Source: a virus
IMG/VR virus record: IMGVR_UViG_3300050166_000025
Span: 1-64,000 of that record
Length of the DNA: 64,000 nt
Strand: one strand, 5' to 3'
Part shown: positions 28,324 through 38,794 of the stretch, piece by piece
Layout of the letters: the number at the start of each line of letters is the position of its first letter
Numbering within the stretch: the first letter of the stretch is position 1
Notes under the pieces: model-generated
Databases searched by the model: none
What the model was told of the DNA's origin: nothing
What the model saw: only the letters and a program-made list of their open reading frames with translations
Translations under genes and position numbers: made by a program

Positions 28324-30186
28324 TTACTTTTTGAATCTTTTGTTTAACGCTTCTGCTACACCGTCCATGTTGTATGGTAACTGTTGAGTCTCTACTTCGG
28401 TTGATTCGTTGATGATTTCAACTTTTTCCATCACTGGAGCAACTTCTCTAAAGTCTCTTGTTTGCCAGAAGTTTCTTACTTGATATTCTGTTTCTAATCT
28501 GTGATACTTAGATTGTGCTATTAACTGACTTCTCTTAGATTCAGATAATGTGTTCCAAGTTTCTTTGTATTCTTTTGGCATTGCCGCTAACACGTAAGGC
28601 TCGTTGCTCTCTGTATTTACTGCACCTGCTAAAGATGAGTTCCATAACGCATAGATTTGAGATTCTGTTAAGAAACCTTTACCAGTTACTGCATCTACTA
28701 CTGCAACTTTTTCCGTATCTGTTAAAGTTTCGAACTCTTCTTTCTTTGCTTCAGAAATAAATCTGAAGAAGTGTGGCTCTTCTACTTTCTTTGCGGTTGC
28801 TGATTCTAATAAAGCCTCTAACTTAGCAGAGATTTCGTTCTTGTAAGCTTCCATTCTGTCAACTGACTCAACTACAACTTTACCAGCTTCGCCTTCTTCA
28901 GCTTTTTCGCCATCTACAGTCTTAACTTTATCTTCAGCTTCTCCGTCCTTAGCAACTTCTTTACCAGCTTCTTCTTCTCCTTCTAAATCCTTTTCTAATT
29001 CTTTAGAATCATCATGAGCTGATTGGTCTACTGCTTTATCATCGAATTCGATTTTACCTGAAACATCTTCAGTTTTACCATCTAAGTTGTCTGCTTCGGT
29101 TCCAACTACATCATCAGCTTCAACTAATAGATTAGTGTTAACTGTTTCTGCAACGTACTCGGCGTATTCTGTAACTTGTTGTAAGTTCTCCTTTAAGTAG
29201 TTCATATACTTAACTACATTTTCATGAGACATTGCACCTTCGTTATGAGATTCTGCTAAGTAGTTAGCATATTTCTTAATAGATTCAACTCCTTCAGCAA
29301 TATGCTCAGAGTATTGAATTGATTGGTCTAATTTCTCCGCTAATGAGTCTGCGAATTGAATTCCTTGATCTGCTTTCTCTGCAACGTGCTCTGAATAAGC
29401 AATTGCATCGTTTAACTTTTCAGCAAGGTAAGAAGAATACTCCTTTAAGTTTTCGACCTGAGCTGACATTGACTCGTTGTCGTTTTGCTTAGCAAGAGAT
29501 TCTTTGATTGCTTTGATTTCTTCTGCTAAATACTTAGAGTAATTTTGGAAGTCTTCAGAGCTAATGAATCTTGATGTTTCCATTTTTTCTGCTTCTTTTA
29601 TTTGAGTTTGATTTGTATTATCGTTAGTGTTATCGTAACCTACTTCATAGATTTGAATGTCTGAGTCGTTTTCGAAACCGTAAGCCTCGTTAACTCTTTT
29701 AAGCTCTGCGTTTGCAAAACCTGGATCTGCTACTAGATCGTATGTGAAAAGTTGTTTGATTTTAACTTTACCGTTAGATTCAACTGTACCAGCTGCTCTA
29801 GATGAAATGTGTAAAGGAACTCCTGCATCAACTAGGGCTTTCGCCTGCTTGCCTGCATCAGTATCTAATAGTCTAATTTTACCTAGAATCTGCTTGCTAG
29901 CTTTGTCGTATCTTAATTCTTCGATGATGTGTGAAACATTCTTTAAAGAAACTTCAAAGTTTTGAGGGTGATCTAATTCACCTAATAACTTAGATGATTG
30001 AATTTTAGCTTGAAGAGCCTCAACCTGTGGAAGATATTCATCTTCAGTGTAAATTCTATTGTTACGGTTCAATTTATCAATTTCACCGAAAACGCCTTCA
30101 AGAACATAAGCCCCAGAATTGTCCTGTGCAAAAGATAATGTATTACCGCTTCTCTCTAGAATTAAAAGCTTATGATTTGTATTCAT
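28324..30186 (-). CDS. gp21: Prohead protease (gp21) fused to an acidic scaffold domain (gp22-like)
   Basis: NRNNRIY, LGELDHP, VSH, ISSRAAG and YDLVADP protease motifs, then a long acidic helical region with YSEHxAE repeats. Confidence 0.9.
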   Translation of the reverse strand: MNTNHKLLILERSGNTLSFAQDNSGAYVLEGVFGEIDKLNRNNRIYTEDEYLPQVEALQAKIQSSKLLGELDHPQNFEVSLKNVSHIIEELRYDKASKQILGKIRLLDTDAGKQAKALVDAGVPLHISSRAAGTVESNGKVKIKQLFTYDLVADPGFANAELKRVNEAYGFENDSDIQIYEVGYDNTNDNTNQTQIKEAEKMETSRFISSEDFQNYSKYLAEEIKAIKESLAKQNDNESMSAQVENLKEYSSYLAEKLNDAIAYSEHVAEKADQGIQFADSLAEKLDQSIQYSEHIAEGVESIKKYANYLAESHNEGAMSHENVVKYMNYLKENLQQVTEYAEYVAETVNTNLLVEADDVVGTEADNLDGKTEDVSGKIEFDDKAVDQSAHDDSKELEKDLEGEEEAGKEVAKDGEAEDKVKTVDGEKAEEGEAGKVVVESVDRMEAYKNEISAKLEALLESATAKKVEEPHFFRFISEAKKEEFETLTDTEKVAVVDAVTGKGFLTESQIYALWNSSLAGAVNTESNEPYVLAAMPKEYKETWNTLSESKRSQLIAQSKYHRLETEYQVRNFWQTRDFREVAPVMEKVEIINESTEVETQQLPYNMDGVAEALNKRFKK

Positions 30187-30207
30187 ATATTTTGATACTA
30201 TTTTAAT

Positions 30208-30215
30208 TATATATC
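30208..30215 (-). promoter_or_regulatory. Late promoter GATATATA
   Basis: Recurrent motif. Confidence 0.65.
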
Positions 30216-30243
30216 CTTTTTCTTAATCTACTTTTTCAAAAAA

Positions 30244-30615
30244 TTATAACTTAGAGATATCTGCTCCTAAATCGCCACCGCCAATATCTCCTAAACCATC
30301 GTCTTCTGATTCTTTTTCTTTCTGTTCTTTGTCTGTTTCCTCTTGATTCTTCTCTTCTTGATATTTGTTGAAGTATGTAACCAGTTGACTCATGTCTTCT
30401 GGCGTAAAATCATTCTGACCGTATGTTTGAAAGAAATAATCTTTAAATTGTTCTTCTGTTTCCGATGCAGTAATTGCTCCTAAAATTTCAACAGCTTTAA
30501 TAACTTCACCGGATTCTATTGTTACGTCTTCAACGTATGTTTTAGAATCGGGAGCCTTTACTGGATTTTCAGCTTCGAAAATAAATTGCTCGAATGTTTT
30601 AATATAGCTTTTCAT
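30244..30615 (-). CDS. Prohead core/internal protein with capsid-targeting motif
   Basis: N-terminal IKTFEQFIFE resembles the T4 CTS MKTYQEFIAE; between portal and protease. Confidence 0.6.
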   Translation of the reverse strand: MKSYIKTFEQFIFEAENPVKAPDSKTYVEDVTIESGEVIKAVEILGAITASETEEQFKDYFFQTYGQNDFTPEDMSQLVTYFNKYQEEKNQEETDKEQKEKESEDDGLGDIGGGDLGADISKL

Positions 30616-30633
30616 TTATGTCTTTATTATTGT

Positions 30634-31095
30634 TTAATATGCTAATTTTACGTTGTCTTCTCCGTATACCATTGCAAGAATGTTTGTAAATTCTTCGATC
30701 ATTCCTCTAACATCTTTAGGAGAAATTTCTTTGTTAGCATATATTTGATCTGACTTATCTAATTTAAAACCATACTTCTTAGCCCATTGTTTCATGAGTT
30801 TAAGTTCTTCAGGGTGCATCATTGTAATATATCTAACAACGGCAGTTGCGTCAATATATTCAACTGTCATGTTATCTTCGCTTGCTGGTCTATCTCTAAC
30901 TATTTTGTCAAACAAAATCTCTATTTGCGTGCCATTATGTAGTGTTGCTGCCAATAGAGATGGATATCTAGTAGAATCTGAATTCTTCAACCCTGTTTCT
31001 TTCGCAATAAATTTATTAGCGGTTGCAACCTCATCTCTAGTATAGGTTGTATTCAACTCTGTTATAAATTCTTCAAATAGTTTAATATTTTTCAT
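30634..31095 (-). CDS. Internal head protein with capsid-targeting motif
   Basis: N-terminal MKNIKLFEEFITE. Confidence 0.6.
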   Translation of the reverse strand: MKNIKLFEEFITELNTTYTRDEVATANKFIAKETGLKNSDSTRYPSLLAATLHNGTQIEILFDKIVRDRPASEDNMTVEYIDATAVVRYITMMHPEELKLMKQWAKKYGFKLDKSDQIYANKEISPKDVRGMIEEFTNILAMVYGEDNVKLAY

Positions 31096-31114
31096 TTTTT
31101 ATACTTGTTTTTAA

Positions 31115-32740
31115 TTATATTCCTCCTAGTCCTCCTCCTAGTCCTCCACCTAATCCTCCCATCATATCGCTAGGTGGTTCTTTAGCTTTCTCGGCTGCGG
31201 CTCTTGCTTTAGCAGCTTCGTTTGCCGCTTTATCATCTGGAGAAAGTTTAAGATACTTATCAACTAAGAAGTCCATATCGAAGAAGTGTTCTTCTTCCAT
31301 CGTCATTGGATTAGTGATCATTAAATCGTCTTTCATTTTAGAGATAAAGTCTAATCGTTTCTCCATGATCTCCATCATTTTCATCTCGGCGAACATGTTC
31401 TCCTCATTGTATCTTAATGCGATTTGAGTTTTAAATGCTGGATCCTCCTTGAATTCAGGAAACTTCATACACATTTGCAACCATAGCGGCTTTACTAAGA
31501 TCTCTTGAAAAGAACTTCTTAAACGATTCACAAATTTACCAAACTTAATCTCGTCTCTGATCATTCCATCGGCAGCCATGTTATTTTCTCCGCCACCATC
31601 TTCGTACATGAATCTATTAAATGGAATCTTTGATACGTGCTTTAGTTTATCAGAGAAGTATTTTAAGGCTTCAGTATCGTTGATTTCTGGGCCTTCACCA
31701 CCAAGAGTTTCAATTTCAGGCTGCTCACCATCTTTTGAAGGTAACCAATATTCCTTATTGAACTGCAGCATTGGCTTACCATTCGTCTTAAGAACGCCTG
31801 AGTCCCAATCAAAGTCAACTACTTCCTTGTAGTTATTCATTAATTGAGCTAGCGATTGTTTTGCTCTAGTCTTAGATTTACCACCAACTGGAATAATAAA
31901 CTTCATTCGGTATGAAGCATTTGTAACTGCCCAGATCACTCTGGTATGCTCCATAACTCTCATTAAGTTGAATGCTCTAATTAAACGTTCAACGTATGAA
32001 ATTCTAGAAGCTGTTGTAATTGAAGAGTAAGAGATGTAGATGATTTGAGCATCATACATTTTGCGCTCTTTGATTGGATCATCCTTAAATTGAATCCAAA
32101 CTTTCTTACCATCTTCTTTATTGTATGCTGGAACTAGTGTAACTGGATCAATCTCTTTGAAACCAATAATCTCTGTCATTTCAGGATTATAGATAATTTC
32201 AAAAGCTAGATAACCGTCAATTAACCATTTACGGAAATAGAACCAAACTGATTGATCCTGCGCAAAGCCAAAGTATTGATAGATATTTCTATAGGCTTTA
32301 TTTAAGTATTCTGTAACATCGCTTGACACTTCTAATCCGATTAGAGAAGGTGATGCGACGAAATTTTTCTCATCGAATACAATAGTCTCATCACATAGAA
32401 TGTCTAGAATGTCTTCAATCTCATCATATAGAGAGAATTGTCTTAACTCTTCTCTCTTTGACTTATAGTTCATGTCGAAGAACGGAATGTTCTTTCTCAT
32501 GTTTGTATCTGCCATTGAAAGGGCTGCAAATGCGCCGTAGATGTCATCTGAATCGACACCCATTAGGTTCATTTGACCATAACCATACTGATCTTCTGCT
32601 GGTCCAATCGCTTGAGATTGTCTCAATACCAAGTCATCGTAGTACATTCCAAAAGACGACAACTTCTTAAGTGTATCACTTAAGTTAAATTGTCTCTTAC
32701 CGGTACTAAATGGTCCGTTTCTCTCTACGAATCCTGCCAT
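31115..32740 (-). CDS. gp20: Portal protein
   Basis: FRKWLIDG, YWLP, IETLGG, IPFNRF and RDEIKFGKFVNRLR gp20 motifs. Confidence 0.93.
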   Translation of the reverse strand: MAGFVERNGPFSTGKRQFNLSDTLKKLSSFGMYYDDLVLRQSQAIGPAEDQYGYGQMNLMGVDSDDIYGAFAALSMADTNMRKNIPFFDMNYKSKREELRQFSLYDEIEDILDILCDETIVFDEKNFVASPSLIGLEVSSDVTEYLNKAYRNIYQYFGFAQDQSVWFYFRKWLIDGYLAFEIIYNPEMTEIIGFKEIDPVTLVPAYNKEDGKKVWIQFKDDPIKERKMYDAQIIYISYSSITTASRISYVERLIRAFNLMRVMEHTRVIWAVTNASYRMKFIIPVGGKSKTRAKQSLAQLMNNYKEVVDFDWDSGVLKTNGKPMLQFNKEYWLPSKDGEQPEIETLGGEGPEINDTEALKYFSDKLKHVSKIPFNRFMYEDGGGENNMAADGMIRDEIKFGKFVNRLRSSFQEILVKPLWLQMCMKFPEFKEDPAFKTQIALRYNEENMFAEMKMMEIMEKRLDFISKMKDDLMITNPMTMEEEHFFDMDFLVDKYLKLSPDDKAANEAAKARAAAEKAKEPPSDMMGGLGGGLGGGLGGI

Positions 32741-32772
32741 AATTTATGGGTTAAAGTTTTTATTATATTGAT

Positions 32773-32781
32773 TATATATTC
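32773..32781 (-). promoter_or_regulatory. Late promoter variant GAATATATA
   Basis: Recurrent motif before the portal gene. Confidence 0.55.
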
Positions 32782-32783
32782 TT

Positions 32784-33407
32784 TTAAAATTTCAGCCTGT
32801 TAATATTATACTCTGTGAACATTCTTCTTACCGCTGATGCCGTGGAACCATGAATATGTATGAAATCGCATAATGCTATTCTAGCCCAACTTTCATAGCT
32901 CACCACAGCTTGATTCTTCTTTAGATTAGTTTTATATCTTCTAATTGCAAATCCAAATCCAAACTTATCCAGAAATTTTTTAACTTCTTCATACCTAAAT
33001 ATCAAAGGATTTTGTAATGCAGCGTTACCGCTTTTAATTCCTTTGGTTAGGCTTTCTATTTTAATATGATATGCCCCGTAAAATGTGTCCAACAATTGTT
33101 CTTTTATTTTAATAGGTAGCAGATTCAAATTAATTCCACAGTCAGTTTTTTTATCTATTGGATATAGTGCTAAAACAGTTGGTTTAATGTCAAACCATTC
33201 CAGATCGTCTTTACCTAATGGTGTCCTATAATCAAAAACATAGATTTTGCCCGGAGAAAAAGGCTTAGGGGTAAATTCAACGTCCTTTATTTTTCTGGAT
33301 TTTAAACCATCTTCAAACCATTGATTTGATTCTACTCTGGCCAACTTTTTACTACCAGCCGTCTTTACTAAATCGTCTATCTGCTTCTTAAGTCTAATGT
33401 AGGCCAT
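32784..33407 (-). CDS. gp2: DNA end protector protein (gp2-like)
   Basis: PGKIYVFDY, LEWFDIKP, GINLNLLP and IRRY match the gp2 pattern. Confidence 0.7.
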   Translation of the reverse strand: MAYIRLKKQIDDLVKTAGSKKLARVESNQWFEDGLKSRKIKDVEFTPKPFSPGKIYVFDYRTPLGKDDLEWFDIKPTVLALYPIDKKTDCGINLNLLPIKIKEQLLDTFYGAYHIKIESLTKGIKSGNAALQNPLIFRYEEVKKFLDKFGFGFAIRRYKTNLKKNQAVVSYESWARIALCDFIHIHGSTASAVRRMFTEYNINRLKF

Positions 33408-33879
33408 TGATTGAATCTTCTGTTAGCACTATAAAGTGCCAGTTTCTGTTAGCACAGTATGCTTTTGCTGCTGTGTATTTATCCATGTTTCTAACGTATG
33501 CCTCAGCAAGAAACTTATAAGACTCAAGAGCCTTTCTAGAAGTCTTGGTTGGCATTACAGGCTTTTGAATCTGTGCTTTAGGTTTTATTTCAACTAAAAA
33601 TTCTTTTAACTTACCATCGTCTTGTATCACTTTCATATAGAAGTCTGGAAAGTAGTTATGTGTTCTTTGATCCTGTCTCGATAAGTATTCAATTTGAACA
33701 GGCTCACTCGACCACAATAACACCTTCTCGTTAGAATCACACCAGATCATAAACTTTCTTTCCCAAGACGAGCGATATATGATTGGACTAGGTCCTACAT
33801 ATTTTGCTGGATTGTTGGGATTAAAGTAACCCTGATTAAAACCAGAGTTCTTGGTGGGTTTAACGTTTTTAATTGACAT
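33394..33879 (-). CDS. gp4: Head completion nuclease (gp4, TnsA-like)
   Basis: YRSSWERKFM, WSSE, YFPDF, VEIKP and VLTED. Confidence 0.88.
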   Translation of the reverse strand: MSIKNVKPTKNSGFNQGYFNPNNPAKYVGPSPIIYRSSWERKFMIWCDSNEKVLLWSSEPVQIEYLSRQDQRTHNYFPDFYMKVIQDDGKLKEFLVEIKPKAQIQKPVMPTKTSRKALESYKFLAEAYVRNMDKYTAAKAYCANRNWHFIVLTEDSINGLH

Positions 33880-34289
33880 TATATTGTGTAAATACCGCCA
33901 CCTTCTTCTCCATCTCTACCTCTTCCTGCTCTATCAATTGAGAGTGTGCCTTTATATTTTTCTGGGTGAATAGCATTCCAGCCCTTTGCATAACCTTTCT
34001 TTGCGATTTCTGTAAAGTATGCAAAGGCGTTAGTGTAGATTGGGTTAAAATTACGCCAATACTTTAGTAGATCTAAGATAGCAAACTGAAGACAGTCTTC
34101 TCTATCTTTTTCGTCAACATATTTCATTTTCATGATCGCTTTCTGTGCTAAGAGAATCAGCATCTTTTCAGCGTCTCTCGTTAACTTGTCTTGTTCTTTT
34201 GAAGCAACAATTGCAGCGTAGAAATCTGCGTTGTTCAAATAGTTCTTTTTTCTGGGTGCCTTTGGCTTTTCTGACTTTTCTGGATTCAC
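33879..34289 (-). CDS. gp55: Late-transcription sigma factor (gp55-like)
   Basis: YLNNADF...NFNP...NAFAYFT resembles T4 gp55 YVNNKEL...NFD...NPHAYIT. Confidence 0.8.
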   Translation of the reverse strand: MNPEKSEKPKAPRKKNYLNNADFYAAIVASKEQDKLTRDAEKMLILLAQKAIMKMKYVDEKDREDCLQFAILDLLKYWRNFNPIYTNAFAYFTEIAKKGYAKGWNAIHPEKYKGTLSIDRAGRGRDGEEGGGIYTI

Positions 34290-34310
34290 TGTTTATCTTC
34301 TTTTTGATTA

Positions 34311-34338
34311 ATTATACACAGAATCTTTGATTTGTTTA
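34311..34338 (-). promoter_or_regulatory. Putative middle promoter TAAAC-N17-TATAAT
   Basis: Exact-spacing motif before gp55. Confidence 0.6.
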
Positions 34339-34345
34339 TTAAAGA

Positions 34346-34370
34346 CAAAAGGGACACTAGGTCCCTTTTG
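34346..34370. terminator. Intrinsic terminator hairpin
   Basis: CAAAAGGGAC-ACTAG-GTCCCTTTTG perfect stem. Confidence 0.75.
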
Positions 34371-34390
34371 TAACTATAAAATATAGAAGA

Positions 34391-35152
34391 TTATGCTTTT
34401 AATTCAGCAATCTTAGATTCCCAAACTTTGATCTCTGAGTTAATTAAATCATCAGCTGCTTTGATTTCAGCAATTGATTTATCGTGATTTGCAATAACTT
34501 CTCTCTGATCTTTTAAGAATGAGATGATGTCTTGACATTCTGCAACCTGCTCGTTTACTTTAGCAATTTCAGCAGCTGCACCTTCTAATAATTCTGCTAA
34601 GAATGAAGTAGCATCTTCATCAGTTGCCAAATGAACGTATTCTAATGCTGCATTAGCGTTCTTTGCTTCAAAGAATTTAGCAATGCTGTTAGCTTTATTA
34701 TATCTTGCAACGAAAACTTTCTCTTCGACTTTCATTAAGTCAACTGTTACATTATTTCCTTCGAAAGAAGCAACAAAATCTAAGATTGTAAAGTTTTCTA
34801 ACATTGATGGAATTGCTTCAAATAACTCAGCTTGCGCTAAATTTTCATATCTGATTCCACCTGCTGCAAAAATGTGATTAGCAAAAGACTCGTCTAGGAT
34901 TTCAGTATTACCCCATGTGAATTTATTTTCAGCTAAGTTGTAATTGAATCTAGAAGTGCCTAAATACCATCTAACGTTTTCGTTTGTAAATTCAAAAGAT
35001 TCGAAAGCGCTGATTGCCTTTGCAAATTCAGAAGATTCAATCTTTTCTAATTCAGTGATTTGGTTGCCTGTCATTTCAAAAACTCTGCCATTTAAGTAAA
35101 ATTGGCTAGAGGATTCCGTTACTGATACAGGGGCTAAAATGTTAATTTTCAT
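34391..35152 (-). CDS. Hypothetical late (probably virion) protein
   Basis: Own late promoter and terminator, highly biased codons, C-terminal coiled coil. Confidence 0.65.
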   Translation of the reverse strand: MKINILAPVSVTESSSQFYLNGRVFEMTGNQITELEKIESSEFAKAISAFESFEFTNENVRWYLGTSRFNYNLAENKFTWGNTEILDESFANHIFAAGGIRYENLAQAELFEAIPSMLENFTILDFVASFEGNNVTVDLMKVEEKVFVARYNKANSIAKFFEAKNANAALEYVHLATDEDATSFLAELLEGAAAEIAKVNEQVAECQDIISFLKDQREVIANHDKSIAEIKAADDLINSEIKVWESKIAELKA

Positions 35153-35177
35153 TTGTTATCCGTTTTTATTCTTTTGT

Positions 35178-35185
35178 TATATATC
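35178..35185 (-). promoter_or_regulatory. Late promoter GATATATA
   Basis: Recurrent motif. Confidence 0.65.
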
Positions 35186-35191
35186 CTCTTA

Positions 35192-35992
35192 TTATATGGT
35201 ATTTTTTCCAATTATGTTTACATCATCTGTTGACCTGCCTCGCATGAATTGTTCTGACATTTGATCAGTCACCGTTGAAATGATTTCAAACATTCTATTT
35301 CCTGCATGAATCTCTGTGTCAAATTCAAAAACTGGCATAAAGGAGTTCACCTCGATTGGAAAAGTAACCTTATATTTACCCTTATCATCGAACGTAAACT
35401 CAATGGGTCTCTCTTGTGTAAAATCCTCTGGCAATGCGTAGTATGAAGCCAATTTATATGTGCCTTCATTTAAGTGTCCTACTTCAACATTAAAATAGTT
35501 AGATTTGTATAGCTTCTTAATGATCATCTCGGTGATTTTAAGAGCATCTAACTGTGAAGATACTAGAATCTCTACATCAAAGGATAGGGTGATCGGGATC
35601 ATCATGAATTCAGACGTGTAGCCTTCCATGGCTCCTTGATCATTCATCTTTGTGTAGTTACCTCTAACTCTTCTATTAACCAGCTTAGAGGAGTCTATCT
35701 GCATAGAACTTAAATTTGCCACACCTCTTGGAATCTTATCGTAATTACCGTCAGCCATTGCCGGATCCGGTAGGCAGTCTACCCCATCGACCGTTGAGAA
35801 TAGAAAATGATCACGTAAAAATTGATCGTCACCCGTGATTGAATAGTAGAATGGAACGTCGATAGCGGTCCTAGTATTATTGTCTAGTTGACGATAAAAG
35901 AAGACTTTATTGTTTAAGTCTGCTAGAAGACCGATGATAATGTGTCTAACTACACTATCGTCCTGATTATACTTTACGTTATACGACGCCAT
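35192..35992 (-). CDS. Tail terminator / sheath stabiliser (gp15-like)
   Basis: VRHIIIGL..LNN, IDVPFYY, IPRG, PITLSF and DALKITE pattern. Confidence 0.6.
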   Translation of the reverse strand: MASYNVKYNQDDSVVRHIIIGLLADLNNKVFFYRQLDNNTRTAIDVPFYYSITGDDQFLRDHFLFSTVDGVDCLPDPAMADGNYDKIPRGVANLSSMQIDSSKLVNRRVRGNYTKMNDQGAMEGYTSEFMMIPITLSFDVEILVSSQLDALKITEMIIKKLYKSNYFNVEVGHLNEGTYKLASYYALPEDFTQERPIEFTFDDKGKYKVTFPIEVNSFMPVFEFDTEIHAGNRMFEIISTVTDQMSEQFMRGRSTDDVNIIGKNTI

Positions 35993-36003
35993 ATTTTACT
36001 TTA

Positions 36004-37677
36004 TTATTCAATAACTTCTATTTCAAATTTAGAGAATCCATTTTCTCTAAAAATCTGTAACTTCTTATCAAAGATCTCGTGTGGCAAGGTCGAATGATTG
36101 ATAACAAATGTATTTATCTTGCTTTCTTTTATTACTTGACTCAAGATCTTTAAGATGTTATAGATACCGTCCTGATCCACTGAACTCAATAGCTCATCTA
36201 GGAACAGGAGATTCAATTGTGGAAATCTTAATTTCATGATCTTGATGATGGCAATGATAATTACAAAGTCTGCCTTCTTACGTTCTCCAGTTGACAAGGT
36301 CATTGCATTAATTTCTTGTCCTAAGTGTGTAATAACACAATCAAACTTGTCATTGAACTTTAATTGAAACGGTAAGTGCATTGTCTGACTCATTGCTGAA
36401 ATATTAGCGTTCAGACCTGGCAAAATTGTTTTGATGGCTAGGTTCTTAACTCCATCTTCTCCTAGAATCTCTTCTATTGCTTCAAGGAATACGTATTCCT
36501 TGGACGATTTGTCTTTTTGTTGGCCGGTCTGGTTCTCTTTCTGTTCGAAATCATCTATAATTTGTTTTAAGTGGTCAAACTGACCGTTATTTTCTAAACT
36601 ACTCTTAATTGATAACAATTCATTCTTTAAGTTTCTAATGCTTGAGTTTAACATTGAAACCTTATCTAACACTTGTGTCTCTTTGGTCTTTAAATCACGC
36701 AGAGCCATCTTAACCTGATCTATTTCGGTTGCAACTTGCTCTATTTCAGCCGGCATTTCTGTTGCCTTGGTATTTAATTCTTCTTTTCTATGCTGGTGGA
36801 AATCACCCGTTAGAGGAGCTTCACACGTTGGACATGTACCCTGCTCATAAAGTGCCAATTTCTTTTTTAATTGATCTAGCTCATACTTTAAGATATTATG
36901 AGAGCCAGACTTCTTTTCATAAGAGCTAGTTTCTTTACCAATGGCCTCTTTAATTTTGTCACGAGCATCTTCTAACTTTTTCTTGTTTTCATCCATGTGG
37001 ATTAAACGATCTTTAAGATCCTGTATGCTATCTTTATTTTTCTGATCTGACTCAGCTAAGAGCTCATTTAACTTCATTTGAACTGAAGTCATGCTCTCAT
37101 TAATTTGACGAAGATCTCTCTCAAAAGAATCCAAATCCTGCTTTAGGTTCTTTCTTTCATTCTTAACCGCTAATTGCATATCATTTAAGATTGAGAAACC
37201 AAACATCTTATCGATGATCTGTTTCTTGTCGTTGCCTGACATTGTTAAGAAAGACTTAAAGTCATTCACAGATAAGATGATAATATTCTTAAATACGTGA
37301 TATGGTATACCGTAAATCTCTTCTTCTAAATAGTCTTGAACTGACTTCTTACCTGCTTTATCAAACTCTATGCCGTTCAATAAGACTTTAAAATGAGCTG
37401 GCGCTAGGCCTCTTTCAATCTCAACCTCAATACTCTTGCACTGCAACTTAACCCTGACCATTAGGTTTTTATTGATACGATTAGGTAGTTCACTCATCTT
37501 AACGCCATCTAGTTTACCATACAGCGCAAAGACGATTGCATTTGCAATTGTTGTTTTACCATCGCCATTCTTACCAAGTGTCAAAAACAGCTCAGCCTTA
37601 TCGTCTTCAAATGATAAGGTCTGAACTTTGTTACCGTAAGATGCAAAGTTTTTAAATTCGATTGATCTAATTCGCAT
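36004..37677 (-). CDS. gp46: Recombination endonuclease ATPase subunit (Rad50/SbcC)
   Basis: FKNFASYGN, GKNGDGKT, CPTC zinc hook, LSTGE and LFLDE. Confidence 0.93.
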   Translation of the reverse strand: MRIRSIEFKNFASYGNKVQTLSFEDDKAELFLTLGKNGDGKTTIANAIVFALYGKLDGVKMSELPNRINKNLMVRVKLQCKSIEVEIERGLAPAHFKVLLNGIEFDKAGKKSVQDYLEEEIYGIPYHVFKNIIILSVNDFKSFLTMSGNDKKQIIDKMFGFSILNDMQLAVKNERKNLKQDLDSFERDLRQINESMTSVQMKLNELLAESDQKNKDSIQDLKDRLIHMDENKKKLEDARDKIKEAIGKETSSYEKKSGSHNILKYELDQLKKKLALYEQGTCPTCEAPLTGDFHQHRKEELNTKATEMPAEIEQVATEIDQVKMALRDLKTKETQVLDKVSMLNSSIRNLKNELLSIKSSLENNGQFDHLKQIIDDFEQKENQTGQQKDKSSKEYVFLEAIEEILGEDGVKNLAIKTILPGLNANISAMSQTMHLPFQLKFNDKFDCVITHLGQEINAMTLSTGERKKADFVIIIAIIKIMKLRFPQLNLLFLDELLSSVDQDGIYNILKILSQVIKESKINTFVINHSTLPHEIFDKKLQIFRENGFSKFEIEVIE

Positions 37678-37678
37678 A

Positions 37679-38794
37679 TTATTGTTCTAAATCGTAGCTA
37701 TAAGCAACGTTGTCGTGTATCTGTTTTAGTCTGGACTTTAACTTTTGTTTCATTTCTTCGTCATGACCCAGCCCTTCAATATACATATTACACAAATGGA
37801 GTATATTGTAGTTCTTATACATGTCCTCGATCTGATCCATGTCATATAGATCCTTATCGACTAGAGACTCGTCTTCGTAAATACTGGGCTCAATTTTTCT
37901 AGACTCTTTCTGAACCTTATTAATCAGCTTTGATAGAGCAGAACTGGTTGCAATACTAGAAGGCACGTATAAGTCTACGAAGTTGTTTTGAATCTGCTTC
38001 TTGAACTCTCCAAGTTGCACCATGTACAGGCTCTTTAAATTAAATTTAAGGAACTTAGGTGATACATCATTCTGAAAGAAAGTCTCCTCCATCGTCTCTA
38101 AATCAACGAGGTCAAAGCCTTTAACGTTACCTGAATCTGAACGTGTCAATTCATAGGGAGTTCCAACCAAGCGTAACTTTCCTTTGCGTTGACGATAGTG
38201 AATGTGACCAGAATAAACTGCGTCAAATCCCTTATAGTTTTCAGTATCTGTTCCATGATGATTCTGTACCTTTGCGTTTAGATGAACTCCAGAAACCTCA
38301 GAGTGACAGAACACAATATTGGAGTTGGAATACTTTGCAAGAGTTTCGACCTCGTGCTCAGCATCTCTTCTCCATGGCATTAATAGAACTTGCTTATCGT
38401 GCCACTTAAACTGCTTAGGCTTCTTATAGATGCCAACGTTAGGGATCCACTTTAGAGCGTCAATTGAAGTTACATCATTTGACTTCTTTGCCCAGATATC
38501 GTGATTGCCACATATAATATGAACTGGCAAGATTTTTCCAAGTCTTTCAAATAGATCGATTGCATAGTGTAGAACTTTAAGATTAACGCTCTGTCTATTA
38601 TCGAACACGTCTCCAACTTGAACAAGGACATCACCTGGTTTTGCATGTTCCAATAATGTTGGAATCATTACCTTCTCAAAGAATTCTGTTTGAATGTCTA
38701 GCCACTCAATTGAGTTGGATCTAACTCCAAAGTGAACATCTCCTAGAACCCAGATTCTTTTTACAGGTTGCTTTAGTACTTTTTCTTCAATCAT
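37679..38794 (-). CDS. gp47: Recombination endonuclease nuclease subunit (Mre11/SbcD)
   Basis: GDVHFG, GDVFD, GNHD and SGHIH metallophosphoesterase motifs. Confidence 0.93.
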   Translation of the reverse strand: MIEEKVLKQPVKRIWVLGDVHFGVRSNSIEWLDIQTEFFEKVMIPTLLEHAKPGDVLVQVGDVFDNRQSVNLKVLHYAIDLFERLGKILPVHIICGNHDIWAKKSNDVTSIDALKWIPNVGIYKKPKQFKWHDKQVLLMPWRRDAEHEVETLAKYSNSNIVFCHSEVSGVHLNAKVQNHHGTDTENYKGFDAVYSGHIHYRQRKGKLRLVGTPYELTRSDSGNVKGFDLVDLETMEETFFQNDVSPKFLKFNLKSLYMVQLGEFKKQIQNNFVDLYVPSSIATSSALSKLINKVQKESRKIEPSIYEDESLVDKDLYDMDQIEDMYKNYNILHLCNMYIEGLGHDEEMKQKLKSRLKQIHDNVAYSYDLEQ

